DNA from: a bacterium | GTDB lineage: Bacteria > Patescibacteriota > Minisyncoccia > Phycocordibacterales > UBA6899 | Direction of reading: 5' to 3' | Length of the DNA stretch: 64,000 nucleotides | Assembly: GCA_043756865.1 (NCBI GenBank) | Contig: JAYUQG010000014.1 | Location: forward strand, 2,349 to 66,348 | Shown: piece after piece, positions 8,371 through 18,100 of the stretch | Layout: each line of letters begins with the position of its first letter | Numbering within the stretch: the stretch's first letter is position 1 | Translations under genes and position numbers: made by a program | The notes under the pieces: generated by a model | Database searches by the model: none | Told to the model about the DNA's origin: nothing | Seen by the model: only the letters and a program-made list of their open reading frames with translations

Positions 8371-8502
8371 TAGCAGTCGCAAAATTTTGGATGGAATGCG
8401 AGGCGACAAGGGTATGATGTTTGAGCGGACGTACTCCTCGTACGTTCGCCAAACTCATGCCCGCAGTCAACAAAGCAGTCCGCCAAAATTTTGCGACTGC
8501 TA
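8371..8502. repeat. perfect 20-bp inverted repeat pair flanking a 92-bp spacer
   Basis: TAGCAGTCGCAAAATTTTGG at 8371-8390 and its exact reverse complement CCAAAATTTTGCGACTGCTA at 8483-8502; the right arm overlaps the stop codon of the ABC ATPase gene; the spacer carries its own imperfect hairpin GGACGTAC-TCCTC-GTACGTTC. Confidence 0.5.
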
Positions 8503-9828
8503 GTGGTGGGCTTCGCCGGTGCGTGGAATACCCAATGCAATCAACTTCTCAATCAACCTTGTCACATCAAACGACTGTTTCTTGTTTAACCCCACTCCCC
8601 CTTCTTTCGTGGAAAGTTCAATTTGTGCCGAAAATTCATCACGTTTTGTAAATCCGCCAATACGTTGCGCGATGAAGTCTTCAAAGTGTTGTTTTTCGGA
8701 AGGTGCGAGCGAAAGAGAGAACTGATCTGAAACAAATTCAGCAATACGGTTTATAAATTCCATGTCGCGGATCTGTGTCCCTATTGCATTCTTGCGTCGA
8801 CGAAAACGCTGAATATCGAGGGAATGCTCGACAACAGACATCAATTTTGAAGACATTTCTGATGCGCGTGCCACAGGAAGTCCGACTCCTCCGCTTTCAA
8901 AATCTGCCATGAGTATGCGCAGGTATGCTGAGCCATCCATACGTCCGGAAATAACTGCCTCAGTTACTTTTTGTAAGCGCATAATTTGATCAAAGGTCAA
9001 TTCCTCGATGAGGTAATTGACGATGCTCTTCACCTGCAGTTCGTTTGGTGAGTCATAGGGATAAATACGGGCAATCTGCTCAATCTCGGTGACTATTGTC
9101 GTACCGGGTGCAAGCTTGAGAATTTGTTTCTTTTCAGGGTTTGGCACAATACGCTCAATCTTTCCGTCTGCCATATACACAATGCGGTGAGCATATGGGA
9201 GGTACTTTGCATCGTGTGTCACAAGAATAACCGTCTTTTTATCTTTATCGTTTATCTCTGCAAGTGTATTCATAACCTGTGCCGCAGTGATGGAGTCAAG
9301 GTTTCCGACCGGCTCATCAGCAATCAAGATCTGTGGATCATTCACCAAGGAGCGTGCGACAGAAACGCGCTGCTGCTGTCCACCCGAGAGCAGTGTCGGA
9401 CGTTTGTTTGCAACGTGGTCAATCATAAAACGGCGACACAATTCCATGCCACGCTCATAACGCTCATTGGGAGCAACTCCGTCAAAAATAAGCGGAAGCG
9501 CAACATTGTCCAAGACCGTAATAGATGGAATAAGGTTAAACGACTGGTACATGATACCCATCGTCTTACGTTGAAAGTGCACCATCTGCATTGGCGTAAA
9601 GTCATAGATACTTTCACCATTCACGTACATCTTCCCCGCCGAAGGCTCCAGCACTCCGAACATACAATAGAGCAGGGTCGACTTTCCGCAACCAGATGGA
9701 CCGAAAAGAATGATGTATTCTTGGTCAAAAATCTCGACGGTAGCACCCTTATTTGCCTTGAATTCATTCTCCTTTCCAAGGTTATAGGTAATTTCAATCT
9801 GGTCTCCAAAAATAATCGGTTTTGCCAT
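8500..9828 (-). CDS. ABC transporter ATP-binding protein (MacB-type ATPase) with roughly 200-aa C-terminal extension
   Basis: Walker A GPSGCGKST, signature LSGGQQQRV, Walker B LIADEP; ATG at 9826-9828 (MAKPIIFGDQ) is preferred over the ORF-track start at 9858 because the conserved TATAAT motif sits between them. Confidence 0.6.
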   Translation of the reverse strand: MAKPIIFGDQIEITYNLGKENEFKANKGATVEIFDQEYIILFGPSGCGKSTLLYCMFGVLEPSAGKMYVNGESIYDFTPMQMVHFQRKTMGIMYQSFNLIPSITVLDNVALPLIFDGVAPNERYERGMELCRRFMIDHVANKRPTLLSGGQQQRVSVARSLVNDPQILIADEPVGNLDSITAAQVMNTLAEINDKDKKTVILVTHDAKYLPYAHRIVYMADGKIERIVPNPEKKQILKLAPGTTIVTEIEQIARIYPYDSPNELQVKSIVNYLIEELTFDQIMRLQKVTEAVISGRMDGSAYLRILMADFESGGVGLPVARASEMSSKLMSVVEHSLDIQRFRRRKNAIGTQIRDMEFINRIAEFVSDQFSLSLAPSEKQHFEDFIAQRIGGFTKRDEFSAQIELSTKEGGVGLNKKQSFDVTRLIEKLIALGIPRTGEAHH

Positions 9829-9838
9829 GGCTCCCTCT

Positions 9839-9844
9839 ATTATA
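9839..9844 (-). promoter_or_regulatory. -10 TATAAT box 10 nt upstream of the ABC ATPase start codon
   Basis: minus-strand reading GATTCTCTTCTATATAATAGAGGGAGCC-ATG. Confidence 0.4.
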
Positions 9845-9917
9845 TAGAAGAGAATCAAAACCTCCCATGGGGAAACCCACTTTTCATAAGTGCGCTACAG
9901 AATTAATGCACTTTGAT

Positions 9918-9946
9918 TTGCTATTTCTTTAATAGTGTGATATAAT
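9918..9946 (+). promoter_or_regulatory. sigma70-like promoter for the SET gene (TTGCTA-N17-TGaTATAAT)
   Basis: -35 TTGCTA 9918-9923; extended -10 TGATATAAT 9938-9946; RBS AAGGA 9964-9968 seven nt before the ATG at 9976. Confidence 0.45.
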
Positions 9947-9975
9947 AATATAGTTCAACAAACAAGGAATTCAGG

Positions 9976-10320
9976 ATGAAACTGTCCTTCTTTCTCAAGC
10001 CCGAAAGTCTCGAACGCATCGTCATCGTGAGCGCGCAGGACATCCCCGCAGGCACGTACTTGCCAATCTTCGCAGCAAAGGACTACCGTCTGATGCGCAA
10101 AAAGACACTGACAAACATGCCGATGTCGGACGTCTTCGCGAACTACTGCGTTCTTGACTCGAGCGGTGTGCATGCGCCGAGCGACTTCAATCACATGTCT
10201 ATCGGCTGGTACATTACCCACTCCGACGTCCCCACGGCGCTCCACCGCAACTACCGCTACTACGCGGCCCGCGACATCAAGGCGGGAGAAAAAATCGCGG
10301 TGGACTTCAAGACCCTCTGA
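9976..10320 (+). CDS. minimal SET-domain protein (putative protein lysine methyltransferase)
   Basis: 114 aa; IVIVSAQDIPAGTYL resembles the GWGVRA...DIPKGTFI motif, FNHMS resembles NHSC, RNYRYYAARDIKAGEKIAVDF matches the ARDIKAGEELTFDY SET C-terminal motif; same size as viral vSET. Confidence 0.5.
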   Translation: MKLSFFLKPESLERIVIVSAQDIPAGTYLPIFAAKDYRLMRKKTLTNMPMSDVFANYCVLDSSGVHAPSDFNHMSIGWYITHSDVPTALHRNYRYYAARDIKAGEKIAVDFKTL

Positions 10321-10340
10321 CACAAGACCCTCTCTCAACC

Positions 10341-10376
10341 AGCTGCTTCACCCGAAGCAGCTTTCTGTTATTTTTT
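10341..10376 (+). terminator. rho-independent terminator after the SET gene
   Basis: AGCTGCTTC-ACCC-GAAGCAGCT followed by TTCTGTTATTTTTT. Confidence 0.55.
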
Positions 10377-10470
10377 GCCGCATGATAGTCACCGATTACC
10401 TATCAAAGTTTCTAACGAACCACATGAAACAATACTAAGCTATAGTCTCCCACACACTCAAACGCCGACG

Positions 10471-10608
10471 CTCCTGAGCGAGGGATTCTTCTGTTTGAAA
10501 GGACTCACGCAGGACAATTGGCTTGGTCTCCATTCTGATGGAGCAATTGGCCGAGTGTGACGGCGGACTCCGCAGGAGAGTCCGACCGTGTGCCTTTCAC
10601 ACAGAAAA
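10471..10608 (-). repeat. R1 structured repetitive element, copy 2, on the sense strand directly after the stop of the FN3 gene
   Basis: minus-strand reading TGAAAGGCACACGGTCGG-ACTCTCCTGCGGAGT-CCGCCGTCACACTCGG-CCAATTGCTCCATCAGAATGGAGACCAAGCCAATTGTCCTGCGTGAGTCCTTTCA; closing stem CTGTGTGAAAGG/CCTTTCAAACAG. Confidence 0.55.
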
Positions 10609-10621
10609 ACCCCGAGCGGCC

Positions 10622-12121
10622 CTATTTTCCGATGTTCTTAACCCAGCCAAACTGCCCCTCAAAGTTCTCCAAAATAATATCAATAATTGACTTCTCTTTG
10701 TTCGGTGTAAATAACACAAAGTTTTCCGACTTCGTCTTGTTCTTTGCATCATCGCGGCACTCTACCCAGAACTGATATACAGTGGAAGGCAGAAACTCTA
10801 CAACGACCTGCACATGAGATGTGCGTGGCTCTTTTTCCTCGCCAAGCCCCGTCGCTTCAGTTGCAGGATTCAATCCTTCGCGGAAGTAGAACTGGCAATA
10901 CGACTCCTCATCGGTTCCCCATGACACGATAGTTTGCACTTTCGCATCAGCGGAGGGATACAACGTAGACTCGTTCGACACTTTAGAAATTATTGGGGGA
11001 GCAATGTCTTTTATGGTTGTGAAGAAAAGCTGATTCGAAGTGACCTTCTCCCCCACCGCATTTTCTGCTTTCACCACCGCACTATAACGCACACCGAGTG
11101 ACAGTCCCGCAATTTTGACCTGCTGTGACGACGAGAAAATCGGCGAACCAGCAGACTTTATCTCTCTGGTCTTAATATTGGTGTACTCGACAACACCTGA
11201 TGCAGGAATATTTGTACGCCACGTAAGCGTTGCGGAATCTTCTTCGACTTTCGCAACACGAAAATTGGTGATAGTCGGGAGCGCAGCCTTCGTGGTGAAT
11301 GCACTGTCGCGGGACACTCCCGTGAGTTGCAACTCACCCTCAGACGCAACTTGAAAATGGTAGGTCGTACCTGCAATAAGTCCTGTGACGCGCACTTCGT
11401 GATCTTTGATGCGCTCTCCCTCATCTCCCGACTCGGTAGTGTAGGGATCCTCTGCGTCGGGGTTGTATTCTGATTCACGCACATAACGCACCACCGAACT
11501 TGCGTCGAGGTCGGTCGCCCAGCTAATCACGGCATAGTCGCTTCCTACCTCTTTCACTCTCGGACTACCTATGATGCGCGGAGCCTCCAGAATTTTTTGT
11601 GCAACTTCACCAAGTTCTGCCGCAACCATACGTACACCCTCGGGAGTCTTCAGTTCTCTAATTGATGCAATCGCGCGCTCAATAACCATACGCTCTTCTG
11701 GGGGAATATCTTCAATATCTTTAATATTCATCACCGCCTTTGTCGCTAGCACGTAGTCGCCAGAAAGTGCCTGATTCCCACCATAATCCTGTGAGCCAAT
11801 ACGGATATGATAAAAAACGGAAGGCTCAAGATCATCCAGAAGGACGCGATGCTTTTTCTTGTTTGGAAGTGGGTCTCTCGCCACACCGTAATCTTTGGTG
11901 AGACCGAAATTCACCTCTGAATCTGCTTCTTCGTCAGTTTCCCATGTGATTAATGCGGAAGTGGCGGTGGGAGAAACAATCTGAATATTTGAGAGTTTTG
12001 GCGGAATCCCGTCTCCTGACACCTGCGCAAAGAGTGAGTGCGGACCGAAAAGTCCGTACCCAAAGAGGCCTCCCACGATTGTGAGGAGTAAAAATGACCC
12101 CAATGTGCGCATGCGCGACAT
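10622..12121 (-). CDS. secreted protein with four fibronectin type III-like repeats
   Basis: ATG at 12119-12121 (MSRMRTLGSFLLLTIVGG signal peptide); repeated ...TDEEADS..., ...YHFQV/YHIRI FN3-like units; promoter motif TCTCTATATAATAGAGAGAGT directly before the ATG. Confidence 0.55.
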   Translation of the reverse strand: MSRMRTLGSFLLLTIVGGLFGYGLFGPHSLFAQVSGDGIPPKLSNIQIVSPTATSALITWETDEEADSEVNFGLTKDYGVARDPLPNKKKHRVLLDDLEPSVFYHIRIGSQDYGGNQALSGDYVLATKAVMNIKDIEDIPPEERMVIERAIASIRELKTPEGVRMVAAELGEVAQKILEAPRIIGSPRVKEVGSDYAVISWATDLDASSVVRYVRESEYNPDAEDPYTTESGDEGERIKDHEVRVTGLIAGTTYHFQVASEGELQLTGVSRDSAFTTKAALPTITNFRVAKVEEDSATLTWRTNIPASGVVEYTNIKTREIKSAGSPIFSSSQQVKIAGLSLGVRYSAVVKAENAVGEKVTSNQLFFTTIKDIAPPIISKVSNESTLYPSADAKVQTIVSWGTDEESYCQFYFREGLNPATEATGLGEEKEPRTSHVQVVVEFLPSTVYQFWVECRDDAKNKTKSENFVLFTPNKEKSIIDIILENFEGQFGWVKNIGK

Positions 12122-12130
12122 ACTCTCTCT

Positions 12131-12136
12131 ATTATA
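12131..12136 (-). promoter_or_regulatory. -10 TATAAT inside the palindrome CTCTCTATATAATAGAGAGAG, 9 nt before the FN3 gene start
   Basis: minus-strand reading TCTCTATATAATAGAGAGAGT-ATG; the palindrome CTCTCTATA/TATAGAGAG could also be an operator. Confidence 0.4.
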
Positions 12137-12171
12137 TAGAGAGACCTCGTTCACGAAAAGGCACAACCCTC

Positions 12172-15100
12172 TTAATTCGCAATAAAGTAGTTAGTCCCCG
12201 AGTGTGTGGTTGCAGCCGTACCGTTTGGAACTCCAAGCCCCCAATACACGTCTTTAAAGAACGGGTTTGTCGACGTAGGCTTCGTCACGCCGATATTATA
12301 CGGATTACTCGTAGTTGCGAGGAGGTTACAACCCGCACATCCCGAATAGGTGAAGGTTGAAGTGGCATACTTCTGTTGGTTGACGGCAATTGTCGAAGAG
12401 GCTGCGGTCATCGGAGACCCTGACAACAAGAGATTCAAGATTGTATTTCCCGTGTTTGTCACTGTCGTTGTCGAATTTGCCGCACCCGTATCTGCGCCTA
12501 CGGTAATTGAGCCGTAGTTCAGGCTTGAAGGAATGGTCAGCCCCTTAAGTGTGTACACATCCTGTGATGAGGATGCTCGTGCATGCGAGTTCGACGTATC
12601 CCATACGTCGATGAGCGCCTGCCAGTTTTCCGCTACGAATGTACTTCCAAAGTCAGTTGGGTCTGCAAAGTAATACATATCCGCGGTGCATGAAACCGTA
12701 CAGGAGTTCCCTGAACAGTTAATAAAGCTACATGAACTGGTGCTGATTTGATAACAGTTATTGTTGTCGGCGGTGCAGGCTGTCGAAGAAGATAGTCCCG
12801 AACGGAAAAACGTTGAGGATGCAAAAGAGAGGTCTGCATAACCGTTGTAATCAGTAACAGTTGAAGTCGCAAAAATCGTCGTTGTGGCACCTTCCGTCAG
12901 TGCAATGCTTGCGTTGTTGTTGAATGAGAAATTAGAAAGGACTGGTGCATGCAAAATGCGCAACTCAGCAACCTTGGTGTAATTATCAAGTGCACTACCT
13001 GAATTGGTGGTACGGAAACAGTAGGCATCCTGTGACGCAAATGCCGTCATCTGGAAGTTATATTCCACTTCAGTAAATTCACCTGATGCAAGCGACACAT
13101 TGCCCGTTTGATTTGACGGGTCCTCAAGTATTTGGCCGTAAGTAAACGTTTGCCCCGTCGGGATAGACAGTAATTGTGTTGTCGAAGACTTGTCACTGAA
13201 CTGTGTAGATGTTTTCATACATGCAGCACCTGAGCCACAACCCGCTCCGGAAGTCGTGGGTACGTCAACATAGCTTCCCCCAGATACTGATTCACAATTC
13301 GGTGAAACCGACTTCGGTGCAACCTGTAGTCTGAAGTTATTATTGTTAATTGGTGCGCCCGAATTTCGCACGGTCACGCGGAGGCGGAGATTTTCGTTAA
13401 TGAGCTGATTTGCCAGTGTTGTATTTTCAGCTGTCTTCCATGTTGCACCAGAGTCCGCCTGTTCTAACCCAAATACTGCGCCCGGTGCCGTGGCAATGTA
13501 CTCTCGAGCAGACGGGATATCCCAGCCTCCATGCTGACCCCAATATGCAAATCCTATCCCACCTGACGTATATGAGGAATCTGTGGCAGATGTTGTGGCA
13601 AATACGCTACCTGCTGAGTCGTACACGGTCACATTAATTTGATTGTTCGAGAGCCAGTTGATCGATGCCTCATACCACCCTGTCGCGTATGTGACACTGG
13701 TTGTTGCAAGTTGCGTCGCTCCGTCATTGCGACCATTATTTGCCGCATTCTTTGCTATGACGACTTTATCTGTCCCCGAAAATGGGGTGAGGCACACAGC
13801 ATAATTTTGATGCAAAGTTATGGGAGATTGGATAGCGAAAAGAAAACACGGCTCATTGGATCCACCGGCTGCAATATCAATATACTGAAAGAACCTAATC
13901 GTAGTATCGCGCCCCACTCCAGCAGACATCTGCCCGATACCGTCGGTGGTCTTTCCTGAAGCCTCATTACCCAGAGAGGCATCAATGCCACGTGTACGCT
14001 CGTAATTAAAGGCTGTAGATTGCTCAAAAAGAGTAGTGTTTCCAGAATATTCTGACATACTTCCATCCTCGAAATCGTCAAAGAATTTGAACGTACTGGT
14101 GCCGCTGGTTCCTCCGGCTACCGTCGCATGGCCGTAGTACATAAAGATATCTGCCATACCGGAAGCAGGAAGTGCCGGTACTTTCACCCATACGGTTGAT
14201 GATGCTGCTGCAGTAAGGCTCTCTATCCAATACGGAATAGATGTCGTTCCGGACGAGTCCGTGAATCGTAAATCATCGAAGTCACTTTGCATATCAGAAT
14301 CGTAGACAACATTAAATTTCACCTCGATGTTTACCTCAGACGAGGTTGCGTTGTTGTTGATTCGCACGCGCTTACGCTTTGACCAATTTTGGTCATACCA
14401 TTCAGTCGAAGGAACACCCTCTGCTCCGTTGTCATTTCGCCATCGGTAAGTCCGCTGATCAGAGAACAGACATGAACTATCGGTCCATCGGATAGACCCA
14501 CATCCATCATTTCCGTCGTTATCACGGGACTCAAGCGCCATATTGCCGTATTCACTTGCAAAAGTGATGGCATTTGTTGTCGTACCGATACGCGAAACAT
14601 TTGCTCCTTCTATTGCTGTGGTTGTGGCAAATCGTACGTAGAATATTTGACCTGACGCATTTTGGTCTATGGTGGTTGACGCGATGGTGATCATGCTGCC
14701 ACCCGATAGTCCGAGCTCAAAGTCCCCGTTTGAGAGTGAGGTGATGGTCGTCGTGCCACTCATATCAAGTCCCGCGGTATTCATGTTTCGGAACTGATAG
14801 TACTGCGCATTGATGTATGAGGAGCTGAGTGAAAGCCCATAGTTACCTGTCGTCGCACGATCAACTGTTGTAGACGCCGTACTAATACCTAACATCTGGA
14901 GCGTTGATGCATTTGAGAATGCTGCAGCCGCAGAAGGACCAAACCGCACATTCACCTGACGCGAACTACCGCCGAGTGCGGTGCCGTCGAAATCGGTGGC
15001 GTAGCTCCAATAGTCGGTACCCGTTGTGCGCGTGTATGCTCCATAAATGTGGAGAGTACCATCCACCGCTGCATGGTCTTGTGCATACACCGAAGTACCC

Positions 15101-18100
15101 GTGCCAAGCTCGTATGCAGCTGCAGAAGAATTCCAGTTGCGCACTATCGTGTTTGTACCAAGACGGATTATGCCATAGAGGTCTCCACCTGCTGTTTTGC
15201 TGTTCATGTTCAAACTGGTGCCTGAGTTGAGTGCGAGTCGGGAACCACTCCACGTAGTGGAGGCACCACCCAGATTGTTGGTAAATATTCCTCCGACTGC
15301 AAGTGCAGAAGAAGATGCTTGGATGAAGTTTCCGCTTGCAATAGTCATACTTCCTGTTGTTGTCGCAGATGCAGAAATATTCACAGTCGCAGCAGGAGCT
15401 CCTGCGACATACACTCCCGTAAGCGTTGAATTTCCTAGTGCCACAAGCGACGTTCCTGAGGTAGGGTTGAATGTTACAAGCGACGTCGTGGCTACGGCAA
15501 TGGTACCCGTCGCGATAAATGACCCACCAACGGTAAATGCTGCATTGGGGAGCGTTGAAGTTCCTGATGCAAAAATGACGTCGCCGGTAGCTGTGGCATT
15601 CGTATCAGTAAATGTAAACGTTCCTACGTCTGCGATAAAGAGATTGGCAAGACTCGAGCCATTCATGCGTATGATTCTTCCCGACGATGTGGCAGTCATA
15701 CGAATAGTTCCTCCATTTGCTGTCACTCCCCCACTTTGATTGTTGAGGTCTGTTCCGATTGCGAGTACGCCCGTCGGTAGTGTCGTGGTGCCGTTTTTCA
15801 AAAGTACTGCCCCTGTTGCGGTTGCATTTGTATCGAGGAAGGACCACCCGCCTCCGACTCCATCGAATTCAAGGTTCGCAAACGCAGAGGTAAGAGCGCG
15901 GATATTTTTCCCCGTTGCGGTAGACGTAAATTTCACCACGCCGGAATTGTGCAAGAATACACCGCCAGAGTTATCAAAAGTCCCGCCCACGGCAAGCGTG
16001 CCCGATGGGAGTGTTGTGGTTCCCGCAGAGAAAGTAAGGTTATTCGAGGTAGTTCCGACACCACCAATATTCCATGTACCACCACTGCCGCTCATGGTCA
16101 TGTTGTAAAACGTGAGTGAAGATGATGCCGAAACAAACTTGCCTGTTGTCGATGCGTTAAAGAAAAATGTTGAATTCGCAGGTGCAACCGAAGCCCCGCT
16201 CGCTGCGTAGAAAGAGCCGGCCAGTGTGTGCGTCTGTGTACCCGCCGCACTCCACGTCGAACTTGCGTACAGTTTCACCGTACCATCACGATCACTGCCC
16301 AGTGCATTACCATGTACGGTTACATCCCCTGCAGGTGCAAAGACTTTGCTGGTCCAAACAATCAGTGTGGTGTTCGATGGAAGCACAAGCGTATCTGGTG
16401 CTCCGGTGGTTGCCTTGAAACGAATATCGGTGTCTTGGTCGGAATCGTATTGATTCATGTTTGCAATCGAAAGTGCTGTTCCTCCTTCGTGGCGCACAAT
16501 AACTCGATCGCGATAGAGATGCATGTTTGCGATATTTGTTGCGGGGTCAACCGTGACGTTTGCCGCGGTAGTTGAACTGTTGGTGTCGAGATAAAGTGTC
16601 AGCACATCCCCTGGGTTAAAGACGACACTCGAGATTGAAAAAGCTCCCGTCGTGGAATTACAAGCCGATGTATATGCTCCAGCACCCTGTACTCGCAGTC
16701 GTACCGTTTGGGTCGACCCATCACAGGTTGGACCACCAACAGGAGTAATTCCCTCATCACCATAAACGTTACCTGAAATGGTAATATTCGCGGCTGAGTC
16801 GTCCCACACAATGTAACCGGGATCACCCCCTGGGTCAGAGTCAAACGCTTCGCCCGCAAGCACACCGAGTGAGGTCGGAGTCCCCGCAAAACGCCAAATT
16901 GATGCTGAGACTCCGGTGGCCTTAACGTTAAACCCTGAGCCCACACCTGTTGAAGTCCCAAAATAATTACGACTGAATATCTTAAGGGGATTTGCATCAA
17001 TTGTCGCACCCGCAACGGTAATCATACTTCCAGCCGCAACCCCAAGTTCGAAGTCTACGTCATCCATGAGATTCACAACTGGTGTTCCCGAAAAATTGAG
17101 TCCATTTCCGTCCACCCCACGGAAGCGTACGTACTTCATAGTTGTCGAACCACCAGAAATATTGAGTGCGTAGGTACCGAGCGTTTGTATGCTAAGGCTT
17201 GTCGATGCAGTATTTGTCCCGAGTATTTCAAGAGCACCGGTACCGGAAATAGAGATACTTGAGGCAGTGGCAAAGCGCACATTTGCCTGACGCGAGCTAA
17301 CGCCAAGTGCGGTGCCGTCGAAATCAGTGGCGTAACTCCAATAGTCAGTGCCTGCGGTACGCGCGTACGACCCCCAAATATACAGTTCGCCTGAAGTACT
17401 CGCATGATTCTGTGAATACAGACTCCCCGTAGCTGCGACGGCGGTCGTTGTTGCCGACGAGGCCCACATGCTTATCTTTGTACTTCCCCCCACTTGGAGT
17501 GTTTCATAGCGGTCACCCCCAAGAGCCTTCGTGTTCATTGCTGAAGTGACTCCAGAGTTCAAGTAGAGAGTCGAGCCTGTCCACGTCGTTGCACTTCCGC
17601 CTACAGCGTTGGTAAATACACCGCGCACTTCAAGTGTTGTGCCCGATGCCATGACAAACGATGATACCTGTGTGATGGAGAAGTTATTCGTAGTGGTTGC
17701 ATTTCCGAGTATCGTCCATCCGCCGATTGCAGCATTAAATGCTGCATTGTAAAACGCTGATGTACTCGGTGTAATTGTGCGTCCAGTGGTAGTTGCGACA
17801 AAAGAAACGGTTCCTGCGGACGGGGTATATGTTCCCTGATTGTACCAGTCACGATAAATATTAAAGGCGGCGCTATCAGACCCAACCAATGTTGCACTGC
17901 TCCTAATAATGAGGTCACCTTCGACATTCACTATGGGGTCATTTGTGGTAACGGTGGTCGTTCCACTATTTACTCCATCCCCCACCGTTAGGCTATTTCG
18001 CACGGTAAATGTTCCTGCCGAAAGCGAATATGTCGGACCACCCGCTCCACTTGGCGCAAGATAGAGACGATAATAATTTGCCGCAGCAACCGTCGTATTT

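Noticed and set aside
9124-9906. 260-aa plus-strand ORF opposite the ABC ATPase
   Set aside because: Antisense to a gene with clear Walker A, signature and Walker B motifs; low-complexity translation.
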